In this document: positions 48,651-56,745 of the stretch, one piece after another
Layout of the letters: every line of letters begins with the position of its first letter
Numbering within the stretch: the first letter of the stretch is position 1
Assembly (NCBI GenBank): GCA_029051525.1
Contig: JAIDKG010000136.1
Span: 3,569 to 67,568 of the forward strand
Direction: 5' to 3'
Source: Muribaculaceae bacterium
GTDB taxonomy: Bacteria > Bacteroidota > Bacteroidia > Bacteroidales > Muribaculaceae
Length of the DNA stretch: 64,000 nt
Translations under genes and position numbers: made by a program
Notes under the pieces: generated by a model
The model's database searches: none
The model's input: the letters and a program-made list of their open reading frames with translations, nothing else
Told to the model about the DNA's origin: nothing

Positions 48651-49091
48651 ATGAATGAAGAGAAGCAACGCGTGCTCGACCTGCGCTACCTGCGCATGGC
48701 ACGCATCTGGAGCGAGAACTCCTATTGCCGGCGTCGCCGGGTAGGTGCCATCCTCGTGAAAGACAAGATGATCATATCCGACGGCTACAACGGCACACCA
48801 TCCGGATTCGACAATGTATGCGAGAATCCCGAGGGATCGACCTTCCCCTATGTGCTGCATGCCGAGGCCAATGCCATCAGCAAGGTGGCGCGTAGCAATA
48901 ATTCATCAGAGGGAGCCACGCTCTATGTCACGGCCTCCCCATGCATGGAGTGCTCCAAACTGATAATTCAGGCCGGCATACGCCGCGTGGTATTCTCTGA
49001 AATGTATCGTATCACCGATGGTCTCGACCTCCTGCATGCCGCAGGGGTCGAGACCCTCTATCTGCCATTTGAGCCTATCGACAATGAGTAA
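48651..49091 (+). CDS. dCMP deaminase family protein
   Basis: GYNG, HAEANA, PCMEC. Confidence 0.93.
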   Translation: MNEEKQRVLDLRYLRMARIWSENSYCRRRRVGAILVKDKMIISDGYNGTPSGFDNVCENPEGSTFPYVLHAEANAISKVARSNNSSEGATLYVTASPCMECSKLIIQAGIRRVVFSEMYRITDGLDLLHAAGVETLYLPFEPIDNE

Positions 49092-50766
49092 ACATCCACG
49101 TCGCTCCCTCCCCATGCTCCTGCTCCCGATGCTCTTTGCCATCGGTATCGCAGGGGGTGTGCTAATCGGCAAATACTTCTTTACCGACCGCCTTGACACA
49201 CGCGGACAGAAACTCCATGCGCTCCTCGAGATGATCGATGAGCAATATGTGGATGAGGTGGATATGGATTCCCTGCTCGAAGAGCTGTATCCCAAACTGC
49301 TTGCCCTGCTCGATCCGCATTCGGCCTATATACCGGCTTCGGAGCTGCAGGCTGTCACTGAGGATCTGGCCGGTTCGTTCAGTGGGGTGGGAGTGTCGTT
49401 TCAGATACTCAATGATACGGTCAATGTGATTGAGGTCGTGGCCGGAGGCCCGGCCGAGAAGGTGGGTCTGCTCGCCGGCGACCGCATCCTGCGTGCCGAC
49501 AGTGTGGACCTTACCGGTGCCGGAGCCACCAATGAGATGGTATTCAAGAATCTGCGTGGTAAAAAAGGCACCAGTGTAAGTCTGCTCATAGAGCGCTCCT
49601 CATCGAAGACTCCGATCAGTTTCGATGTGGTGAGAGGTGATGTGCCGGTAAATAGCGTGGATGCCTCTTATCTGCTGAATGACTCGGTGGGATATGTAAA
49701 GGTGAGCAAATTCGCCCGCACCACCTATGATGAATTCCATTCCGCTCTGGTGGATATGCGCCTCAATGGCGCCAAAAGCTTTGTGATCGACCTCCGGGGC
49801 AATTCAGGCGGATATATGGAGCAATCTATCCTCATGGCGCAGGAGTTCCTGCCGAAGGGGCGCATGATAGTCTATACCAAGGGTAAGATGCCGGAATTCC
49901 AGTCGATTGCCGTGACCGAGGAGAGCGGGCAGTTCCTCAACTTCCCGATTGTGGTGCTTATGGATGAATATTCTGCATCTGCCTCCGAGATATTTGCCGG
50001 TGCGATACAGGATAATGACCGCGGTCTGGTGATAGGCCGACGCTCATTCGGCAAGGGATTGGTGCAGAATCAGACCATTCTGCCCGACAGCAGCGGAGTG
50101 CGCCTCACCATAGCGCGCTACTTCACCCCGTCGGGACGCTCCATCCAGAAGGAATACAAGAGCGGTGCCACAACCGATTATGATCTTGATATCTCCAACC
50201 GCTTCGCCCATGGCGAGTTCTATAGCCGCGACAGCATCCGACTCGATGAGTCGAAGATTTTCCATACCGGTTCCGGGCGCAAAGTCTACGGCGGTGGTGG
50301 CATCATGCCCGATATATTCGTGCCCGAAGACACACTCGGCTTCACAAGCTACTATCTTCAGGTGCTCAATCAGGGTCTGATCCAGAAATATGCCTACAAG
50401 GTAGCGCAGAGCTACCGCGAGGTGCTGCGCAATGCCAAGAGCATAGCCCAATTCAAAAAAGTGCTGCCGCGCGACAACACTCTGCTTGAAGGATTTGTTG
50501 AATATGCAGTAGCCAACGGTGTGCCCGCACGCTGGTATTATATCCGCAAGAGCCGCAATCTGATCTTAGGTCAGCTCAAGGCGATAATCGCCCGCGATGT
50601 GCTCGGATATCCCGCATTTGTGGAGATGCTCAATGAGAATGATGCCACAGTGCGTGAGGCTCTGAGAGCGCTTGAGGCCGGTGAATCACCGATTCTGATA
50701 CTTCCTCCGGAGGAGGAATTTGAAGAGGCGGCCAAGGCAAAATCGCAGGTGCCGCAGCGCAAGTGA
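49084..50766 (+). CDS. S41 carboxy-terminal processing protease
   Basis: LDPHS, PDZ domain, DLRGNSGG, SASASE, SFGKG. Confidence 0.94.
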   Translation: MSKHPRRSLPMLLLPMLFAIGIAGGVLIGKYFFTDRLDTRGQKLHALLEMIDEQYVDEVDMDSLLEELYPKLLALLDPHSAYIPASELQAVTEDLAGSFSGVGVSFQILNDTVNVIEVVAGGPAEKVGLLAGDRILRADSVDLTGAGATNEMVFKNLRGKKGTSVSLLIERSSSKTPISFDVVRGDVPVNSVDASYLLNDSVGYVKVSKFARTTYDEFHSALVDMRLNGAKSFVIDLRGNSGGYMEQSILMAQEFLPKGRMIVYTKGKMPEFQSIAVTEESGQFLNFPIVVLMDEYSASASEIFAGAIQDNDRGLVIGRRSFGKGLVQNQTILPDSSGVRLTIARYFTPSGRSIQKEYKSGATTDYDLDISNRFAHGEFYSRDSIRLDESKIFHTGSGRKVYGGGGIMPDIFVPEDTLGFTSYYLQVLNQGLIQKYAYKVAQSYREVLRNAKSIAQFKKVLPRDNTLLEGFVEYAVANGVPARWYYIRKSRNLILGQLKAIIARDVLGYPAFVEMLNENDATVREALRALEAGESPILILPPEEEFEEAAKAKSQVPQRK

Positions 50767-50905
50767 TGTGGGGGCACCGTGACCGCGAGGAGCGGTCGAT
50801 GGTTGCTATGGCATGCCGAAGAGAAGCCCTCACATAGCGGATTGCTCCGGTTTGGCTACCGGCCGGCATGGCTGTGATATGTGAATCAAAAAGATAGAGA
50901 AAGAT

Positions 50906-51460
50906 ATGGAAAAATCTGATATCAGAAGAAAAATCAACTCCATGCGCCGCATGCTCTCCGAGGAGGAGAAGGCCTTGGCGGCCGAAGACGTGTTCAGCCG
51001 ACTTGAACAGACAGCTGCCTTCCTTATGGCCGACAAAATACTCATGTATCACTCACTCCCCGATGAACTCTCCACCCATGCCTTCCTGCGCAAATGGGGT
51101 GGCCGCAAACACTTCTTCCTGCCGAGAGTCAACGGTGTGAATCTCGAACTGCTCCCTTACGACGAGTCGCGCCTCGAACTCGGTTCCTTCCATATAGAGG
51201 AACCCATAGGCAACGATCTCATCGACCCCGAAGAGATAGAGCTGATGATAATCCCCGCCGTGGCCTACGACCGATGCGGTAATCGTCTCGGCCGTGGCAA
51301 GGGATTCTACGACCGTATGCTCGGTTCGGCCCGCGCCACCAAAATAGGTGTAGGCTATGAATTCCAGCTTATCGACGACATCCCCGTCGAACCCCACGAC
51401 ATCCCCGTCGACATGGTAATCACGCAGCACACCACCATCACCGTAAAGCACACCCTCTGA
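50906..51460 (+). CDS. 5-formyltetrahydrofolate cyclo-ligase
   Basis: IPAVAYD...GNRLGRGKGFYDR, EPHD. Confidence 0.94.
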   Translation: MEKSDIRRKINSMRRMLSEEEKALAAEDVFSRLEQTAAFLMADKILMYHSLPDELSTHAFLRKWGGRKHFFLPRVNGVNLELLPYDESRLELGSFHIEEPIGNDLIDPEEIELMIIPAVAYDRCGNRLGRGKGFYDRMLGSARATKIGVGYEFQLIDDIPVEPHDIPVDMVITQHTTITVKHTL

Positions 51461-51567
51461 ATCATATTTATTCAATGTCTGATATAAGTATAGAATGAAC
51501 TAAAATGAACCGGGGATAAATTAACATTAATTAACATTTGAATTTTGCGAGTATGAGGATCTATGCT

Positions 51568-51575
51568 TACTTTTG
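51568..51575 (+). promoter_or_regulatory. Promoter -7 element for the RiPP precursor
   Basis: TACTTTTG with upstream TTTG elements in an AT-rich region. Confidence 0.7.
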
Positions 51576-51638
51576 CAATTGATAGTTAATTATAGTGTTA
51601 ATTAACATACTAAGTCACTTACTTAAAATCAACTCACC

Positions 51639-51893
51639 ATGACAAATGAGTTTAAAAGCATGATCGAGAGGATGGAAGGAGATATGCTCGCTTCCACTTC
51701 AAGATTATTCCTCTGTGGAGGAGCTGGTGATGAAGGAGCAGATCCATTATTTTTGGATATCTGTTCTAACGCTGGCATATGTCCCAATCAGGTATGTTTA
51801 CCTGATCCAGACTTTTTCAAATGTCTGAGTAATTTGGATGCATGTGGTCCAGTGAACAATCCGAAGTTGCAACTCACATGCAAGCGCGAATAG
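51639..51893 (+). CDS. Putative RiPP precursor peptide (double-glycine leader, six-Cys core)
   Basis: 84 aa; LCGG at aa 25-28; core Cys42, 48, 53, 62, 69, 81 with Asn 3-4 residues before several Cys; directly upstream of the rSAM/SPASM gene. Confidence 0.8.
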   Translation: MTNEFKSMIERMEGDMLASTSRLFLCGGAGDEGADPLFLDICSNAGICPNQVCLPDPDFFKCLSNLDACGPVNNPKLQLTCKRE

Positions 51894-51944
51894 TCGATAC
51901 ACGCCCTCCACACACATTACTTATATTCAAAGAGTATAAGTAAG

Positions 51945-51986
51945 AACCAAATTTAGAGTCTATTATAATAGACTCTAAATTTGGTT
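51945..51986. repeat. Perfect 42-bp palindrome between precursor and maturase, preceded by a second hairpin at 51917-51943
   Basis: AACCAAATTTAGAGTCTATTA|TAATAGACTCTAAATTTGGTT. Confidence 0.92.
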
Positions 51987-52012
51987 GATTTGATATATTT
52001 GTTTAAAATATT

Positions 52013-53290
52013 ATGATGAGATTTAAATATAGTATTTTTAATAATCGTCTACGAGCTACGGATAAAAGTGATATATTGTATAACTCTTTTACTCATAAGT
52101 CAATACTCGTTCCTAGAGATGTGGAATTGATACATCCCGATCAAATGGCTCCCCAATCCTTAGAGGCCATGAAATCATGGGGGTTTATAGTTGAAGATGA
52201 TATAAATGAATCGAAGCGCGTACAGGATATACTACTAGATACAATGTCTACGGGATCGATATTTAATCTCATCATCAATCCCACATTAGAATGTAATTGT
52301 CGTTGTTGGTACTGCTATGAAACTCATCATAAAGAGATGGTAATGTCAGAAGTGACATTAATTCATTTAAAGGAGTTCATAACAGACATTCTTTCTAATT
52401 ACGATGAACTTATAGTTTCCTTTTTTGGAGGGGAGCCGTTTATGGAATTTGATAGAATTGTGAGGCCTATCATGGAATGGACTCGTAATGAATGTAAAGC
52501 TCGCGGTAAGCGTATCAGATATGGGTTTACTACTAATGCGCTCTTGATAACTCAAGAGATGATTGAGTTTCTTGCGTGTTTCCAAAATCAAAAATTTCAA
52601 ATTACATTAGATGGAGGAAGAGCATTTCATAACTCTACGCGAGTTAGTAGGTCATGTGATTCTTATGCAAAGGTTGTTGCCATTGTAAAAAAATTGGCAT
52701 CTATAGGTTGTGATGTCTTGCTTCGTCTCAATTTAACGCATGAAAATCTTTCGTCTGCTTTTGAAATCCCATTAGATTTTGAAGAGTGTGAGGATGAAGT
52801 GAAGAATCATATTGAAGTTGGATGTCAGCAAGTTTGGCAGGATATTCAAAATGGAGATTTAGATAAAGACTTTTTTAATTTGAGGAAGGCCTTTAAAGCA
52901 ATTGGAATCTCATCTGCTGATAAGGATCCTGATAGCATCCGAAGTACATGCTATGGGGATAAAAGGGATTCTATAGTAGTCAATTATGATGGAGGTTTAT
53001 ATAAATGTACTGCTGTTGACTTTTCTAAAACAAAGAGTATCGGGAATATTTTACACGGAAATCCTCTTAAGGCTATAGAGGAGGATTTTAAACATTACTC
53101 CAACCGTAAACTGTATAAAGCACCTTGTCAACATTGTAGAATTTGGCCGATTTGTGCTGGTGGCTGTTACAGAAAGCTATCATCGAATGCAGATCATCAC
53201 TGTCTTTTCCCATCAGATGAGATGAAAGACGAGGTGGCAATGAACAATCTTGAAGAATTTGTGTTCATAAATATGAATAAGAACTCTTAA
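52013..53290 (+). CDS. Radical SAM/SPASM peptide maturase
   Basis: CNCRCWYC (CX3CX2C), FFGGEP, TTNA, QITLDG; SPASM CYGD...YKC...CQHC..WPICAGGC...C; about 80-aa N-terminal extension that is RRE-like in position. Confidence 0.93.
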   Translation: MMRFKYSIFNNRLRATDKSDILYNSFTHKSILVPRDVELIHPDQMAPQSLEAMKSWGFIVEDDINESKRVQDILLDTMSTGSIFNLIINPTLECNCRCWYCYETHHKEMVMSEVTLIHLKEFITDILSNYDELIVSFFGGEPFMEFDRIVRPIMEWTRNECKARGKRIRYGFTTNALLITQEMIEFLACFQNQKFQITLDGGRAFHNSTRVSRSCDSYAKVVAIVKKLASIGCDVLLRLNLTHENLSSAFEIPLDFEECEDEVKNHIEVGCQQVWQDIQNGDLDKDFFNLRKAFKAIGISSADKDPDSIRSTCYGDKRDSIVVNYDGGLYKCTAVDFSKTKSIGNILHGNPLKAIEEDFKHYSNRKLYKAPCQHCRIWPICAGGCYRKLSSNADHHCLFPSDEMKDEVAMNNLEEFVFINMNKNS

Positions 53291-53344
53291 AAAGTTCTTA
53301 TTCTACATTGAATTCAGTTATTCACGCTCTTAATCTTTACGGTT

Positions 53345-53974
53345 ATGAAGAAATTGTCAATATTGATTGCGCTGCTTCTTAGTGTGAGTGCAGCGGCATT
53401 TGCCGGTAATCTGAAACAGGCTTATGAGGAGATGCAAGGTGTGGTGAAGATGCAGGATGTGTCGCAGGCTGAGACCGACACGCTGCTTTACAAGTTGCAC
53501 TCCACACTTCCTGTCACGAATCGCCGGGCGATGATATCGAGTTTTGAAGTTGGTAGTACCGGAGTCTCAGCGGCATGGAACGGCACACAGCAGCTTATCG
53601 GCAACTTAAAGGATGTCAAAACAATATGCAAGGTAATGACCGACTGTAACTCGTTGGAGATTCTTGCCGAGCCGGCGGGTGATTCAGTAGATATTTTAGC
53701 CATATGGCAACTTAACTATTTTGGCCGCACGTTGGTGATATATGGCACGACCACACCCGAAAATGCTAATCTGATGCGGATGGGTTCGGCCACAGTAGAT
53801 TACTTCAGAGTCTCTTTTAAGCCGATGCCTGAGCAAGTCTTTAATCAGTTGCAGCAGCTCGCCGAGTTGCAGACCCGCATAGAAAAAGATAACACCTCAC
53901 TGACCCGCGAAGAGCAGCAACAACTGCTCGACCAATGCCGAGAGACACTCAGCCGTACTTCTGCCGCTGAATAG
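53345..53974 (+). CDS. Secreted hypothetical protein
   Basis: 209 aa, SPI signal peptide (…AAAFA); no recognised family. Confidence 0.75.
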   Translation: MKKLSILIALLLSVSAAAFAGNLKQAYEEMQGVVKMQDVSQAETDTLLYKLHSTLPVTNRRAMISSFEVGSTGVSAAWNGTQQLIGNLKDVKTICKVMTDCNSLEILAEPAGDSVDILAIWQLNYFGRTLVIYGTTTPENANLMRMGSATVDYFRVSFKPMPEQVFNQLQQLAELQTRIEKDNTSLTREEQQQLLDQCRETLSRTSAAE

Positions 53975-54119
53975 CTCCAATTACTCTCGCCCCCTTTGAT
54001 TCTCTTGGCCACCAGATTAATCTTATTCTTGGTGATTTTGAATTTTCAAGATTACCAAGATTGATGATATTAATCGAGATGGTGTTGATTCTCCCGAACT
54101 AACTCTAACCCGACTGAAT

Positions 54120-56417
54120 ATGAGACGATTCCTAACTCTATTTCTTCTAATTTCTGCGATTTCAATATGCGCCTCGGCGCGTAGGATTGGCGGCGTGGTG
54201 CTCTCGGAAGTTGACTCCGTGCCGGTGGCAGAGGCTCGTTGTGTGGTGACTGTAGATGGCAATGAAGTGGCAACTACTGTAACCAATCCTCGTGGTCAGT
54301 TTGTAATACAGACACCGGATGCCGCCTCAATGGCATTGACTGTAGATAAAGAGGGTTTTACTCCCTCTGATGTGATAATTGAATCCGGAGCAGAGGAGCT
54401 GAATATAGGTGTGATATGGCTCTCATCCGGACGGATGCTTGAGGAGCTTACCGTAGAGGGGCGAGTGGATACCGATGCGCGAGGACGCACGATTATTTAT
54501 CCCGGTCAGGCTGACGTAAAAGCCTCTCCTACAGCGGTCAGTCTCTTTCAGAAGCTGCCGTTAAGCGGGCTGACAGCCGACCCGATAAACAGGTCAATCA
54601 GTGTGCAGGGTCATACTCCCGTAATTCTGATTGACGGTGTCCCCTCATCGCTCACCGAACTTCTTGCTATCTCCCCGAAGAATATAGAGAAAATTGAATA
54701 CTCCATACTTCCACCGGCCCGTTATGCCTCGAAATCCGAGATGGGTTATCTGAGCGTCACGCTTAAGGCCCGTACTGATGGCGGTCAGGTAGACCTTTGG
54801 GCACGCTCCGCTCTGACCACATGTTTTTTTGACGCCAGTCTGATGGGGTCGTATCATAACGGTCACTCGAAATTTCAGGTCAACTTCACCCCCTCATGGC
54901 GCAATTATCAGAATGTCAATGACCATGTAGAGGAGTCATATATCGGTACCGACGGGTTCCGCCTCGACCTTGAATCGCAGGGCATAAGTCCTTTCAATTA
55001 TTTTTCAGCTCCCGTGCAGTTGAAATACACGTTCGCTCCCAATCAGGGCACCGTGTTTTCGGCGGCGCTCAATCTGAGACCATATTCCGACCACCAACGT
55101 TCCGATGGATATACCCTCGATTTTCTTCACAACGACTATAATTTTGACAACGAAAACCGGTCGAAAGATTTTGCCACTTCGCTCGATCTCTATTTCCGTC
55201 GTGACTTCAATTCGTCAAATAGTCTTGAAGCCGAGGTGGTAGGCACACTGTCCAACAGCGACTATGACCGCGAGAATATCTACAATTATATCAGTGGAGT
55301 CACCGAAACATATCCCATCGACATTCATAGCAACAGGCGCTCGCTTATCACCGAGCTGAGTTATATACACAGCTTCTCGCAGCAGTCAGAACTTACAGCG
55401 GGATACTCCAACACCCTCTCCAGAAGTGAGAATACCTACCGCACCACCGACTATCAGCCGGAACTGACAGAGAACAACAACTATCTCTACGTGGCTTACG
55501 GGTATCTGTTGAATCGTGTTTACCTTCAGGCCCGCACCGGTGCCAAACTCTATTGGATGCGCAACGATGATTCCCGGCATCATTATTTCCGCAATATCTC
55601 GGCTCTTGAGATGCAATGGGTTCCGGTGCAGGCATTCTCGCTGACAGCCTCCGCTAATTACTCCTCCGGCATCCCGGGTCTCACCTCGCTGACCGACTAT
55701 GCCCAGCAGGTGACACCATATCTCATCTCTAACGGAAATCCCAATCTAAAGACACAGCATTACATAAATGTGGCTGCGCGCCCCACATGGCGTTATAAAA
55801 AGCTTGCCATGATGGGTGGAGTATTCTATTCCAAGACCATCAACGGAGTCTTTACAGATGTCAGCTATCTCGGCAACGGCATGTTCCTTTCACAGTCGAT
55901 CAATGCCCGCCGAAGCGATACTTGGACCGGTATGCTGCAACTTCAGATGAGTGATCTCCACGGTTTCGGCTTTAACGTGAGAGGGGTCTATTCCCACTAC
56001 ACCTCCGAGGGAGCTGACTGGAAAGAGGCGCTGGCATCGTGGAGCGGGTTGATCAACGTGTGGTATAACCTGCGTAAGTTCACATTCAGCTACTATTATG
56101 TGCTTCCCGGCAAGAGCCTTTACGGGCAGAAGGTATCGAAAGGGGAGAACTCCAATGCCCTTCAGGTATCGTATGCTCCCGACAAGCATTGGAATATCCA
56201 GGCATCATGGATGTATATGTTTGACGGTCACGGCACCAAATATCCCTCATGGAATTACTCTGCAGTGAATCCCTCCTACGTAGACCGCAACATCCGTGAT
56301 AACGGCAATATGGTCTGCATTAGCGTGAACTACACGGCCGACTTCGGCTCGATTTTCCGCACCAAACGCCGCACCCTCAACAACTCCGACGGCGGCTCGG
56401 CTATCCTCAAACTCTGA
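54120..56417 (+). CDS. TonB-dependent-like outer membrane beta-barrel protein with carboxypeptidase-regulatory-like N-domain
   Basis: Signal peptide; TNPRGQF; LEELTVEG; plug motifs ILIDG and IEKIEY..PPARY; GNPNLK; alternating beta strands. Confidence 0.85.
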   Translation: MRRFLTLFLLISAISICASARRIGGVVLSEVDSVPVAEARCVVTVDGNEVATTVTNPRGQFVIQTPDAASMALTVDKEGFTPSDVIIESGAEELNIGVIWLSSGRMLEELTVEGRVDTDARGRTIIYPGQADVKASPTAVSLFQKLPLSGLTADPINRSISVQGHTPVILIDGVPSSLTELLAISPKNIEKIEYSILPPARYASKSEMGYLSVTLKARTDGGQVDLWARSALTTCFFDASLMGSYHNGHSKFQVNFTPSWRNYQNVNDHVEESYIGTDGFRLDLESQGISPFNYFSAPVQLKYTFAPNQGTVFSAALNLRPYSDHQRSDGYTLDFLHNDYNFDNENRSKDFATSLDLYFRRDFNSSNSLEAEVVGTLSNSDYDRENIYNYISGVTETYPIDIHSNRRSLITELSYIHSFSQQSELTAGYSNTLSRSENTYRTTDYQPELTENNNYLYVAYGYLLNRVYLQARTGAKLYWMRNDDSRHHYFRNISALEMQWVPVQAFSLTASANYSSGIPGLTSLTDYAQQVTPYLISNGNPNLKTQHYINVAARPTWRYKKLAMMGGVFYSKTINGVFTDVSYLGNGMFLSQSINARRSDTWTGMLQLQMSDLHGFGFNVRGVYSHYTSEGADWKEALASWSGLINVWYNLRKFTFSYYYVLPGKSLYGQKVSKGENSNALQVSYAPDKHWNIQASWMYMFDGHGTKYPSWNYSAVNPSYVDRNIRDNGNMVCISVNYTADFGSIFRTKRRTLNNSDGGSAILKL

Positions 56418-56551
56418 TTTGATGCTGTGTGCGTAGGCCTGTGATACCGCTCTAAACTGAATATAGATGATTCATCCCGTGATAGTGCAAAAAATTAGGG
56501 ATGAATCATCTTTTTTCCGTTATCTGTATTTGGATAATGATAAAAAATTCT

Positions 56552-56559
56552 TAACTTTG
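56552..56559 (+). promoter_or_regulatory. Promoter -7 element for the M16 peptidase
   Basis: TAACTTTG with TTTG at about -33. Confidence 0.7.
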
Positions 56560-56745
56560 AAACATCAAGAGCGCGTTCCTTAAAATTACGGGGCCGTAGA
56601 GGTGGCGATTTTGAGGGAATTTTGCGAGTCGAAGAAGTCTCGATGAGGGCATCGTGACTGATGAGAGTTCGCAAGATTGTGTGTGACGATTCTACCAACC
56701 GACTATCCGATAGAGTACAAATTATATAACTATATCCGACACATT

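Noticed and set aside
50767-50905. 6S RNA upstream of the 5-FTHF cyclo-ligase (ssrS-ygfA synteny)
   Set aside because: Only 139 nt, no promoter seen, and no convincing rod with a central bubble
56596-56695. Lysine riboswitch (starts GTAGAGG)
   Set aside because: Too short, other conserved elements are not evident, and the downstream gene is unrelated to lysine
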